From Balanoglossus misakiensis (taxonomy: Eukaryota > Animalia > Hemichordata), in the NCBI GenBank assembly GCA_040954595.2, contig CM082578.2, positions 3,640,831-3,704,830 on the forward strand: a DNA stretch of 64,000 nt, written 5' to 3'. The position numbers and the translations under genes are program-made. This document shows positions 23,801 through 37,300 of this stretch, one piece after another. Within the stretch, counting starts at the first letter, position 1, and the number at the start of each line of letters is the position of its first letter. The notes beneath the pieces are model-generated. The model did not search any database and was not told the origin of the DNA. It saw only the letters and a program-made list of their open reading frames with translations.

Positions 23801-26800
23801 ATAGATATGCAGAAATAATAATGTGTGAAAAGTAGGTCAAAGGTCATGTGAAAAATCGCCAAAAATTTGTAACATATTTTAGTCATATGACGATTGATAT
23901 CCATGAAAAAAATTTGTATGCTATCAATTTTTAGACTAGGAAAAGGAATTTCAAGTTTTCACTGCTTTTTACAAAATCCAATATGGCCGCCATAATCTTC
24001 GACCAATCACAATGCTCTTTGCAAACTGGATAGACATCAGTGTAGTGACCATACTCCCCGAATCTTGCGACTCAGTTATTGCCCGTTCTGGAGAAGAAGA
24101 TTTTTGCAGTTTTACTATGGTTTTTCGAAAATCCAATATGGCCGCCATAATCTTCGACCAATCACAATGCTTCTTATCAAACTTGATAGACATCAGTTAG
24201 GTGACCACATACCCCAAATCCCGCTACTCGGTTATCGCCGGTTCTTGAGAAGAAGATTTTTGAAGTTTTAGTTGGATTTTTCGAAAATCCAATATGGCGG
24301 CCAAAGTCACGTGACCGCTCGAGATTTTATTATCAAACTTTGTTGGGCAGAGGCCATGTGTACTATGTACCAAATTTGAACTTGATTTGCCTTGTAGTTT
24401 TTGAGAAGAAGTCATTTACATTTTTTCAGAAAATCCAATATGGCCGCCAGGTCACGTGACTAATTAAATATTCACGAGCCACTGCACATCTACTCATTGA
24501 CCTTGACCACTGTAGTAAGTTTGAGCGGTGTACCTGCAGTAGTTTCAGAGATTTAGTTGGCCGAAGAATTGACAGGAGAATAAAGAAAGAAAAATTCCAA
24601 CGAAACCAATAGGGCCCAAGCGCTTGCGCGCGCTTGGGCCCTAAAAACTCCAACGAAACCAATACGGGCCCAAGCCTGGCTTGGCTTGGGCCCGTAATAA
24701 TAATAAAGAATTAAAGCTGCAAGCAGCATTGTCCGGGCCCAAGCTTTATTATCTGATCTGATTATTAGATATGCACATAATTAATGAGTAGAAACATAAT
24801 GCTGTGTTTTAGCAAATGAAATATCAAGGTTATATCTATGTTTGGTGCTGATATAGTGTTAAGTAGGTCAAAGGTCATCCAGAGGTCACCCACAATTTGG
24901 GCAGAAAATTTTGACCCATAGTGGTCCATGTCCATCAAAAACCAGACCTCTAGCCCTTTTGGTTAGCCCGGAATTAGGTATGCACATAAATAATGCGTAA
25001 AGCAGGTGTCACAGGTGAGCCAAAACTTTGGCTTTTCATTATGGCCCCATACCTCCAAATGCCCAGACTGTACCTGCTTTGGATGTCGAGATATGCAAAA
25101 ATAGGTCAAAGGTCATCTGAGGTCACCCAAAATTTGGGCAGAAAATTTTGACCCAAAGTAGTCCATGTCCAACAAAAACCAGACCTCTAGCCCTTTTGGT
25201 TAGCCCGGAATTAGGTATGCACATAAATAATGAGTTAAGCAGGTGTCACAGGTGACCCAAAACTTTGGCTTTTCATTATGGCCCCATACCTCCAAACGCC
25301 AAGGCTGTATCTGCTGTGGATGTCGAGATATGCAAAAGTAGGTCAAAGGTCACCCGAGGTCATCCAACATTTGGGCAAAATATTTTGACCCCATACTGAT
25401 CCATGTCCAGAAAAAAACAAACCTCTAGGTCATTTGGTTCATCTGTAATTAGGTATGCGCATATTTAATGAGGTCAGCAGAGGTCAAAGGGGTCATGAAA
25501 AGTAGCAAAAATTTTTGATCACATACAAAACCACATACATCAAAAACCAAACTTATAGCCCTATTGGTTAGCCTGGAATTAGATATGCAGAAAAATGATG
25601 CGTCAAAAGTAGGTCAAAGGTCATTGCCAAAATTACCAAAATATTTATAGCTTATTCTTGTCATATGATGATTCATATCCATAAAAAGAATTTCTGTGCT
25701 ATCAATTTTTAGGCTAGAAACAGAATTTTTACTTTTTAATCGTTGTTCACAAAATCCAATATGGCCGCCAAAATCTTCGACCAATCACAATGATCTTCGC
25801 AAACTTGATAGACATCTGTTTAATGACCACACACACCAAATTTTGTGACTCGGTTATCGCCGGTTCTTGAGAAGAAGATTTTTGAAATTTTACTAGGGTT
25901 TTTCGAAAATCCAATATGGCCGCCATAATCTTCGACCAATCACAATGATCTTCGCAAACTTGATAGACCTCAGTTTGGTGACCACATACCCCAAACCGCG
26001 TGACTCGGTTATCGCCGGTTCTGGAGAAGAAGATTTTTGAAATTTTGACCAGATTTCAGAAAAACAACTGTAGCAAAAAAACTGCAACATTGACAGCAAA
26101 ATATCCAATTACAAAAATGATGGGTAGAAGGTAGACTACCTGCACACCAAGTTTGAAGTCGATCTGACTTGTAGTTTCTGAGATCTGAGATTTGCATTTT
26201 TTCAGAAAATCTAATATGGCCGCCAGGTCACGTGACTAATTAAAAATTCAAGGGTTCAATGCACATCTACTCATTGACCTTGACCACTGTAGCAAGTTTG
26301 AGAAGTGTACCTGCAGTGGTGTCTGAGATCTAGAGCGACAAAGAATTGACACAAGAATAAAGAAAGAAGAAGAAAGAAGAAAGAAGGAAAGACAGAATTA
26401 AAGCTGCAAGCAGCATTGTCCGGGCCCAAGCTCTATTATCTGATCAGATTATTAGATATGCACATAATTAATGAGTAGAAACATAATGCTGTGTTTTATC
26501 CCATGAAATATCAAGGTTATATCTATGTTTGGTGTTGATATAGTGTTAAGTAGGTCAAAGGTCACCCAGAGGTCACCCACAATTTGGGCAGAAAATTTTG
26601 ATCCATAGTGGTCCATGTCCAACAAAAACCAGACCTCTAGCCCTTTTGGTTAGCCCGGAATTAGGTATGCACATAAATAATGAGTTAAGCAGGTGTCAAA
26701 GGTGACCCAAAACTTTGGCTTTTCATTATGGCCCCATACCTCCAAACGCCAAGGTTGTATCTGCTGTGGATGTCGAGATATGTAAAAGTAGGTCAAAGGT

Positions 26801-29800
26801 CACCCGAGGTCACCCAACATTTGGGCAAAATATTTTGACCCCATACTGGTCCATGTATAACAAAAACAAAACCTCTAGGTCTATTGGTTCATCATTAATT
26901 AGGTATGCGCATATTTAATGAGGTCACCAGAGGTCAAAGGGGTCATGAAAAGTAGCAACATTTTTTGATCACATACAAATCCACATACATCAAAAACCAA
27001 ACTTATAGCCCTATTGGTAAGCCTGGAATTAGATATGCAGAAAAATGATGCGTCAAAAGTAGGTCAAAGGTCATTGCCAAAATTACCAAAATATTTATAG
27101 CTTATTCTTGTCATATGATGATTCATATCCATAAAAAGAATTTCTGTGCTATCAATTTTTAGGCTAGAAAAGGAATTTTTACTTTTTAATCGTTTTTCAC
27201 AAAATCCAATATGGCCGCCATAATCTTCGACCAATCACATTCCCCTTTGCAAACTTGATAGACATCTCTTGAATGACCACACACACAAAATCTTGTGACT
27301 CGGTTATCGCCGGTTCTCGAGAAGAAGATTTTTGAAATTTTACTAGGGTTTTTCGAAAATCCAATATGGCCGCCATAATCTTTGACCAATCACAATGATC
27401 TTCGCAAACTTGGTAGACATCAGTTAGGTGACCACATACCCCAAACCGCGTGACTCAGTTATCACCGGTTCTGGAGAAGAAGATTTTTGAAAATTAAGCC
27501 AGATTTCAGAAAAAAAATTGTAGCAAAAAAACTGCAACATTTACAGCAAAATATCCAATTACAAAAATGATGGGTAAAAGGTAGACTACCTGCACACCAA
27601 ATTTGAAGTCGATCTGACTTGTAGTTTCTGAGATCTGAGATTTGCATTTTTTCAGAAAATCCAATATGGCCGCCAGGTCACGTGACTAATTAAAAATTCA
27701 CAGGTTCAATGCACGACTACTCATTGACCTTGACCACTGTAGCAAGTTTCAGAAGTGTACCTGCAGCGGTGTCTGAGATCTAGAGCGACAAAGAATTGAC
27801 ACAAGAATAAAGAAAGAAAGAAAGAAGAAAGAAGGAAAGACAGAAAAACCCCAACGAAACCAATAGGGCCCAAGCGCTGGTATGCGCTTGGGCCCTAAAA
27901 ACCCCAACGAAACCAATAGGGCCCAAGCGCTGGTATGCGCTTGGGCCCTAATTAAAGCTGCAAGCAGCATTGTCCGGGCCCAAGCTCTATTATCTGATCT
28001 GATTATTAGATATGCACATAATTAATGAGTAGAAACATAATGCTGTGTTTTATCCCATGAAATATCAAGATTATATCTATGTTTAGTGCTGATATAGTGT
28101 TAAGTAGGTCAGAGGTCACCCACAGTTTGTGCAGAAAATTTTGACCCATAGTGGTCCATGTCCAACAAAAACCAGACCTCTAACCCTTTGGTTATCCCGG
28201 AATTAGGTATGCACATAAATAATGAGTTAAGCAGGTGTCACAGGTGACCCAAAACTTTGGCTTTTCATTATGGCCCCATACCTTCAAACGCCAAGGCTGT
28301 ATCTGCTGTGGATGCTGAGATTTGCGAAATTAGGTCAAAGGTCACCAGAGGTCACCCAAAATTTGGGTAAAAAATTTTGACCCTATACTTGTCCTGTCCA
28401 ACAAAAACAAAACCTCTAGGTCTATTGGTTCACCTGTAATTAGGTATGCGCATATTTAATGAGGTCAGCAGAGGTCAAAGGGGTCATGAAAAGTACCAAA
28501 ATTTTTTGATCACATACAAATCCACATACATCAAAAACCAAACTTATAGCCCTATTGGTTAGCCTGGAATTAGATATGCAGAAAATTGATGCGTCAAAAG
28601 TAGGTCAAAGGTCATTGCCAAAATTACCAAAATATTTATAGCTTATTCTTGGCATATGATGATTCATATCCATAAAAAGAATGTCTGTGCTATCAATTTT
28701 TAGGCTAGAAAGGGAATTTTTATTTTGTAATCGTTTTTAAGAAAATCCAATATGGCCGCCATAATCTTCGACCAATCACATTCCTCTTCGCAAACTTGAT
28801 AGACATCTGTTGAATGACCACACACACAAAATCTTGTGACTCGGTTATCGCCGGTTCTTGAGAAGAAGATTTTTGAAATTTTACTAGGGTTTTTCGAAAA
28901 TCCAATATGGCCGCCATAATCTTCGACCAATCACAATGATCTTCGCAAACTTGATAGACATCAGTTAGGTGACCACATACCCCAAATCCCATGTCTCGGT
29001 TATCACCGGTTCTGGAGAAGAAGATTTTTGAAATTCAAGCCAGATTTCAGAAAAAAAATTGTAGCAAAAAAACTGCAACATTGACAGCATAATTTCCAAT
29101 TACAAAAATGTTTGACAGAAGGTAGTCTACCTGCACGCCAAATTTGAAGTCGATCTGACTTGTAGTTTCTGAGATCTGAGATTTGCATTTTTTCAGAAAA
29201 TCCAAGATGGCCGCCAGGTCATGTGACTAATTAAAAATTCATGGGTTCAATGCACAACTACTCATTGACCTTGACCACTGTAGCAAGTTTGAGAACTGTA
29301 CCTGCAGTGGTGTCTGAGATCTAGAGCGACAAAGAAATGACAGAAGAATAAAGAAAGAAAGAAAGAAAGAATTAAAGCTGCAAGCAGCATTGTCCGGGCC
29401 CAAGCTCTATTATCTGATCTAATTATTAGATATGCACATAATTAATGAGTAGAGACATAATGCTGTGTCTTATGCCATGAAATGTCAAGGTTATATCTAT
29501 GTTTTGTGGTGATATAGTGTTAAGTAGGTCAAAGGTCACCCAGAGGTCAACCACAATTTGGGCAGAAAATGTTGACCCATAGTGGTCCATGTCCAACAAA
29601 AACCAGACCTCTAGCCCTTTTGGTTATCCCGGAATTAGGTATGCACATAAATAATGAGTTAAGCACGTGTCACAGGTGACCCAAAACTTTGGCTTTTCAT
29701 TATGGCCCCATACCTCCAAACGCCAAGGCTGTATCTGCCGTAGATGTCGAGATATGCAAAAGTAGGTCAAAGGTCACCCGAGGTCACCCAACATTTGGGC

Positions 29801-32800
29801 AAAATATTTTGACCCCATACTGGTCCATGTATAACAAAAACAAAACCTCTAGGTCTATTGGTTCATCATTAATTAGGTATGCGCATATTTAATGAGGTCA
29901 CCAGAGGTCAAAGGGGTCATGAAAAGTAGCAAAATTTTTTGATCACATACAAATCCACATACATCAAAAACCAAACTTATAGCCCTATTGGTTAGCCTGG
30001 AATTAGATATGCAGAAAAATGATGCGTCAAAAGTAGGTCAAAGGTCATTGCCAAAATTACCAAAATATTTATAGCTTATTCTTGTCATATGATGTTTCAT
30101 ATCCGTAAAAAGAATTTCTGTGCTATCAATTTTTAGGCTAGAAAGGGAATTTTTACTTTTTAATCGTTTTTCACAAAATCCAATATGGCCGCCATAATCT
30201 TTGACCAATCACATTCCTCTTCGCAAACTTGATAGACATCTGTTTAATGACCACACACATCAAATCTTGTGACTCAGTTATCGCCGGTTCTTGAGAAGAA
30301 GATTTTTGAAATTTTACTAGGTTTTTTTTTAAATCCAATATGGCCGCCATAATCTTTGACCAATCACAATGATCTTCGCAAACTTGATAGACCTCAGCTT
30401 GGTGACCACATACCCCAAACCGCGTGACTCGGTTATCGCCGGTTCTGGAGAAGAAGATTTTTGAAATTTTGACCAGATTTCAGAAAAACAACTGTAGCAA
30501 AAAAACTGCAACATTGACAGCAAAATATCCAATTACAAAAATGATGGGCAGAAGGTAGACTACCTGCACACCAAATTTGAAGTCGATCTGACTTGTAGTT
30601 TCTGAGATCTGAGATTTGCATTTTTTCAGAAAATCCAATATTGCCGCCATGTCACGTGACTAATTAAGTATTCACAAGTCACTGCACATCTACTCATTGA
30701 CCTTGACCACTGTAGCAAGTTTGAGAACTGTACCTGCAGCGGTGTCTGAGATCTAGAGCGCGAAAGAAATGAACCAAGAATAAAGAAAGAAAGAAAGAAT
30801 TAAAGCTGCGAGCAGCATTGTTGGGCCCAAGCGCTGATCTTGAATTATATATGCACAGTATGAATGAGAAGAAACAGAATTTTCTATCAGATGTATTATC
30901 TCATGACATAACAAGGATGCGTGTATTTTTGCTGCTGAAATAGGGTGAAGTAGGTCAAAGGTCACCTGAGGTCACCCAACATTTGGGCAAAAAATTTTGA
31001 CCCCATACTGGTCCATGTCCAACAAAAACCAAAACTCTAGCTCTATTGGTTCGCCTGTAATTAGGTATGTGCATATTTAATGAGGTCAGCAGGTGTCACA
31101 GGTGACCCAAAAATGTGGCTTTACATTTTGGTCCCATCCTACCAAATGCCATGGCTGTATCTGCTCTGGATGCTGAGATATGCGAAAGTAGGTCAAAGGT
31201 CACCAGAGGTCACCCAACATTTGGGCAAAAAATTTTGATCCCATACTTGTCCATGTCCAACAAAAACCAAACCTCTAGCTCTATTGGTTCGCCTGTAATT
31301 AGCTATGCACATAATTAATGAGGTCAGCAGAGGTCAAAGGGGTCATGAAAAGTAGCAAAATATTTTGATCACACACTAGTCCACAAGCATCAAAAACCAA
31401 ACGTCTAGCCCTATAGGTTAGCCTGGAATTAGATATGCAGAAATAATAACGCGTGATAAGTAGGTCAAAGGTCATGTGAAAAATCGCCAAAAAATTGTTA
31501 CATATTTTAGTCACATGACGATTGATATCCATAAAAAGAATTTGTATGCTATCAATTTTTAGACTAGAAAAAGGAATTTCAATTTTTCACTGCTTTTTAC
31601 AAAATCCAATATGGCCGCCATAATCTTTGACCAATCACAATGCTCTTTGCAAACTTGATAGACATCAGTGTAGTGACCATACTCCCCGAATCTTGTGACT
31701 CAGTCATCGCCCGTTCTGGAGAAGAAGATTTTTGGAGTTTAACTATGGTTTTTCGAAAATCCAATATGGCCGCCATAATCGTCGACCAATCACAATGATC
31801 TTCGCAAACTTGATAGACATCACTTAGGTGACCACATACCCCAAACCCCGTGTCTCAGTTATCATCGGTTCTGGAGAAGAAGATTTTTGAAATTTAAGCC
31901 AGATTTCAGAAAAAAAATTGTAGCAAAAAAACTGCAACATTGACAGCAAAATTTCCAATGACAAAAATGATGGGTAGAAGGTAGTCTACCTGCATGCCAA
32001 ATTTGAAGTCAATCTGACTTGTAGTTTCTGAGATCTGAGATTTGTATTTTTTCAGAGAATCCAATATGGCCGCCAGGTCACGTGACTAATTAAGTATTCA
32101 CATGTCACTGCACATCTACTCATTGACCTTGACCACTGTAGCAAGTTTGAGAAGTGTACCTGCAGTAGTTTCAGAGATCTCGTTGGCCGAAGAATTGACA
32201 CAAGAATAAAGAAAGAAAGAAAGAAAGAAAGAAAGAATTAAAGCTGCAAGCAGCATTGTCGGGCCCAAGCGCTGATCTTTAATTATATATGCACAGTATG
32301 AATGAGAAAAAACAGAATTTTCTATCGTATGTATTATCTGATGACATAACAAGGATGTGTGTAGTTTTGCTGCTGAAATAGGGTGAAGTAGGTCAAAGGT
32401 CACCAGAGGTCACGCAACATTTGGGCAAAAAATGTTGATCCCATACTGGTCCATGTCCAACAAAAAACAAAACTCTAGCTCTATTGGTTCGCCTGTAATT
32501 AGGTATGTGCATATTTAATGAGGTCAGCAGGTGTCACAGGTGACCCAAAAATGTGGCTTTAAATTATGGTCCCATCCTACCAAATGCCATGGCTGTATCT
32601 GCTCTGGATGCTGAGATATGCGAAAGTAGGTCAAAGGTCACCAGAGGTCACCCAACATTTGGGCAAAAAATTTTGATCCCATACTGGTCCATGTCCAACA
32701 AAAACCAAACCTCTAGCTCTATTGGTTCGCCTGTAATTAGCTATGCACATAATTAATGAGGTCAGCAGAGGTCAAAGGGGTCATGAAAAGTAGCAAAATA

Positions 32801-33833
32801 TTTTGATCACACACTAATCCACATGCATCAAAAACCAAACGTCTAGCCCTATAGGTTAGCCTGGAATTAGATATGCAGAAATAATAATGTGTGAAAAGTA
32901 GGTCAAAGGTCATGTGAAAAATCGCCAAAAATTTGTAACATATTGTAGTCATATGACGAATGATATCCATTAAAAGAATTTGTATGCTATCAATTTTTAT
33001 ACTAGAAAAAGGAATTTTAATTTTTCACTGCTTTTTACAAAATCCAATATGGCCGCCATAATCTTCGACCAATCACAATGCTCTTTGCAAACTTGATAGA
33101 CATCAGTGTAGTGACCATACTCCCCGAATCTTGCGACTCAGTCATCGCCCGTTCTGGAGAAGAAGATTTTTGGAGTTTAACTATGGTTTTTCGAAAATCC
33201 AATATGGCCGCCATAATCTTCGACCAATCACAATGATCTTCGCAAACTTGATAGACATCAGTTAGGTGACCACATACCCCAAACCTTGTGTCTCGCTTAT
33301 CACCGGTTCTGGAGAAGAAGATTTTTGAAATTTAAGCTAGATTTCAGAAAAAAAATTGTAGCAAAAAAACTGCAACATTGACAGCAAAATTTCCAATTAC
33401 AAAAATGATGGGTAGAAGGTAGTCTACCGGCATGCCAAATTTGAAGTCGATCTGACTTGTAGTTTCTGAGATCTGAGATTTGATTTTTTTCAGAAAATCC
33501 AATATGGCCGCCAGGTCACGTGACTAATTAAGTATTCACAAGTCACTGCACATCTACTCATTGACCTTGACCACTGTAGCAAGTTTGAGAAGTGTACCTG
33601 CAGCGGTGTCTGAGATCTAGAGCGACAAAGAAATGACACAAGAATAAAGAAAGAAAGAAAGCCGGAAAGAAAAATTCCAACGAAACCAATAGGGCCCAAG
33701 CGCTTGCGTGCGCTTGGGCCCTAAAAACCCCAACGAAACCAATAGGGCCCAAGCGCTTGCGTGCGCTTGGGCCCTAAAAATTCCAACAATAACAATGGGG
33801 GCACAAGCCGCCTGAGGGCGCTTGTGCCCCCAA
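20807..33833. mobile_element. Nested cluster 1 of non-autonomous Helentron/Helitron2 (HINE-like) elements: 9 units inside the boundaries of one outer element
   Basis: Opening end TTAAAGCTGCAAGCAGC (hairpin) plus subterminal IR at 20807, 21997, 23173, 24711, 26398, 27952, 29372, 30800, 32238; closing palindromic ends (GGGCCCAAGC..GCTTGGGCCC-TAA/-GTAA) finishing at 24644, 24697, 27898, 27951, 33724, 33777, and a variant at 33833; no TSDs, insertion in A-runs. Confidence 0.88.
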
Positions 33834-34301
33834 ATATTTACAGAAAATGATTAAATAAAATCTAATTCATGTACAGATAAATATTTATACAACAAGCAGC
33901 TCCATTTTAAATGAGTTTTGTGCGTGCTTTGTATGCATTTATAGAATTCAAATAAAAAGTGCCTTTTATGCATAATACGAGCAAACATGAAAGCAGGGGA
34001 AATGAAATAACCAAATAACGCAGCAAATTTATCAATAAAAATAACCCGAAAAAAGTCAGCTGCAATCAACTGATCAGTGATACTACAAGTCTTAAAACAA
34101 TACTACATGTACTATTATAATGCTTTGTTATTGTACACAGAGTGAGTTTGATAATGTCATACGCTTTTTACGACTGAAGTCACTCAAAGTAAAAATCCTG
34201 AACCATCCAAAGTCTTATCAAACTACACAAGTTGAGTTCATTGCACCACATAACTTGCTTAGGCAAAGCTATCAACCTGAGGGCTGGGGTCCAAATTAAT
34301 A

Positions 34302-37300
34302 TTAAAGCTGCAAGCAGCATTGTCGGGCCCAAGCGCTGATCTTGAATTATATATGCACAGTATGAATGAGAAGAAACAGAATTTTCTATCGGATATATTA
34401 TCTCATGACATAACAAGGATGTGTGTATTTTTGCTGCTGAAATAGGGTGAAGTAGGTCAAAGGTCACCTGAGGTCACCCACAATTTGGGCAATTTTTTTT
34501 ACCCATACTGGTCCATGTCCAACAAAAACCAAAAGTCTAGCTCTATTGGTTCGCCTGTAATTAGGTATGTGCATATTTAATGAGGTCAGCAGGTGTCACA
34601 GGTGACCCAAAAATGTGGCTTTACATTTTGGTCCCATCCTACCAAATGCCATGGCTGTATCTGCTCTGGATGCTGAGATATGCGAAAGTAGGTCAAAGGT
34701 CACCAGAGGTCACCCAACATTTGGGCAAAAAATGTTGATCCCATACTGGTCCATGTCCAACAAAAACCAAACCTCTAGCTCTATTGGTTCGCCTGTAATT
34801 AGCTATGCACATAATTAATGAGGTCAGCAGAGGTCAAAGGGGTCATGAAAAGTAGCAAAATATTTTGATCACACACTAATCCACATTCATCAAAAACCAA
34901 ACGTCTAGCCCTATAGGTTAGCCTGGAATTAAATATGCAGAAATAATAACGCGTGATAACTAGGTCAAAGGTCATGTGAAAAATCGCCAAAAAATTGTAA
35001 CATATTTTAGTCACATGACGATTGATATCCATAAAAAGAATTTGTATGCTATCAATTTTTAGACTAGAAAAAGGAATTTCAATTTTTCACTGCTTTTTAC
35101 AAAATCCAATATGGCCGCCATAATTTTCGACCAATCACAATGTTCTTTGCAAACTTGATAGACATCAGTGTAGTGACCATACTCCACGAATCTTGCGACT
35201 CAGTTATTGCCTGTTCTGGAGAAGAAGATTTTTTGAGCTTTACTATGGTTTTTCGAAAATCCAATATGGCCGCCATAATCTTTGACCAATCACAATGATC
35301 TTCGCAAACTTGATAGACATCAGTTAGGTGACCACATACCACAAACCGCGTGACTCGGTCATCACCGGTTCTGGAGAAGAAGACTTTTGAAATTTTGACC
35401 AGATTTCAGAAAAACAACTGTAGCAAAAAAACTGCAACATTGACAGCAAAATATCCAATTACAAAAATGATGGGTAGAAGGTACACTACCTGCACGCCAA
35501 ATCTGAAGTCGATCTGACTTGTAGTTTCTGAGATCTGAGATTTGCATTTTTTCAGAAAATCCAATATGGCCGCCAGGTCACGTGACTAATTAAGTATTCA
35601 CAAGTCACTGCACATCTACTTATTGACCTTGACCACTGTAGCAAGTTTGAGCAGTGTACCTGCAGTAGTTTCAGAGATCTCGTTGGCCGAAGAATTGACA
35701 CAAGAAAAAAGAAAGAAAGAAAGAAAGAATTAAAGCTGCGAGCAGCATTGTCGGGCCCAAGCGCTGATCTTGAATTATATATGCACAGTATGAATGAGAA
35801 GAAACAGAATTTTTTATCGGATGTATTATCTCATGACATAACAAGGATGTGTGTATTTTTGCTGCTGAAATAGGGTGAAGTAGGTCAAAGGTCACCTGAG
35901 GTCACCCACAATTTGGGCAATTTTTTTTACCCATACTGGTCCATGTCCAACAAAAACCAAAACTCTAGCTCTATTGGTTCGCCTGTAATTAGGTATGTGC
36001 ATATTTAATGAGGTCAGCAGATGTTACAGGTGACCCAAAAATGTGGCTTTACATTTTGGTCCCATCCTACCAAATGCCATGGCTGTATCTGCTCTGGATG
36101 CTGAGATATGCGAAAGTAGGTCAAAGGTCACCAGAGGTCACCCAACATTTGGGCAAAAAATTTTGATCCCATACTGGTCCATGTCCAACAAAAACCAAAC
36201 CTCTAGCTCTATTGGTTCGCCTGTAATTAGCTATGCACATAATTAATGAGGTCAGCTGAGGTCAAAGGGGTCATGAAAAGTAGCAAAATATTTTGATCAC
36301 ACACTAATCCACATTCATCAAAAACCAAACGTCTAGCCCTATAGGTTAGCCTGGAATTAGATATGCAGAAATAATAATGCGTGATAAGTAGGTCAAAGGT
36401 CATGTGAAAAATCGCCAAAAAATTGTATAATATTTTAGTCACATGACGATTGATATCCATAAAAAGAATTTGTATGCTATCAATGTTTAGACTAGAAAAA
36501 GGAATTTCAATTTTTCACTGCTTTTTACCAAATCCAATATGGCCGCCATAATCTTCGACCAATCACAATGCTCTTTGCAAACTTGATAGACATCAGTGTA
36601 GTGACCATACTCCCCGAATCTTGCAACTCAGTCATCTCCCGTTCTGGAGAAGAAGATTTTTGGAGTTTAACTATGGTTTTTCGAAAATCCAATATGGCCG
36701 CCATAATCTTCGACCAATCACAATGATCTTCGCAAACTTGATAGACATCAGTTAGGTGACCACATACCCCAAACCCCGTGTCTCGGTTATCACCGGTTCT
36801 GGAGAAGAAGATTTTTGAAATTTAAGCCAGATTTCAGAAAAAAAATTGTAGCAAAAAAACTGCAACATTGACAGCAAAATTTCCAATTACAAAAATGATG
36901 GGTAGAAGGTAGTCTACCTGCATGCCAAATTTGAAGTCGATCTGACTTGTAGTTTCTGAGATCTGAGATTTGCATTTTTTTCAGAAAATCCAATATGGCC
37001 GCCAGGTCACGTGACTAATTAAGTATTCACAAGTCACTGCACATCTACTCATTGACCTTGACCATTGTAGCAAGTTTGAGAAGTGTACCTGCAGTAGTTT
37101 CAGAGATCTCGTTGGCCGAAGAATTGACACAAGAATAAAGAAAGAAAGAAAGAAAGAAAGAATTAAAGCTGCAAGCAGCATTGTCCGGGCCCAAGCTCTA
37201 TTATCTGATCTGATTATTAGATATGCACATAATTAATGAGTAGAAACAAAATGCTGTGTTTTATCCCATGAAATATCAAGATTATATCTATGTTTAGTGC

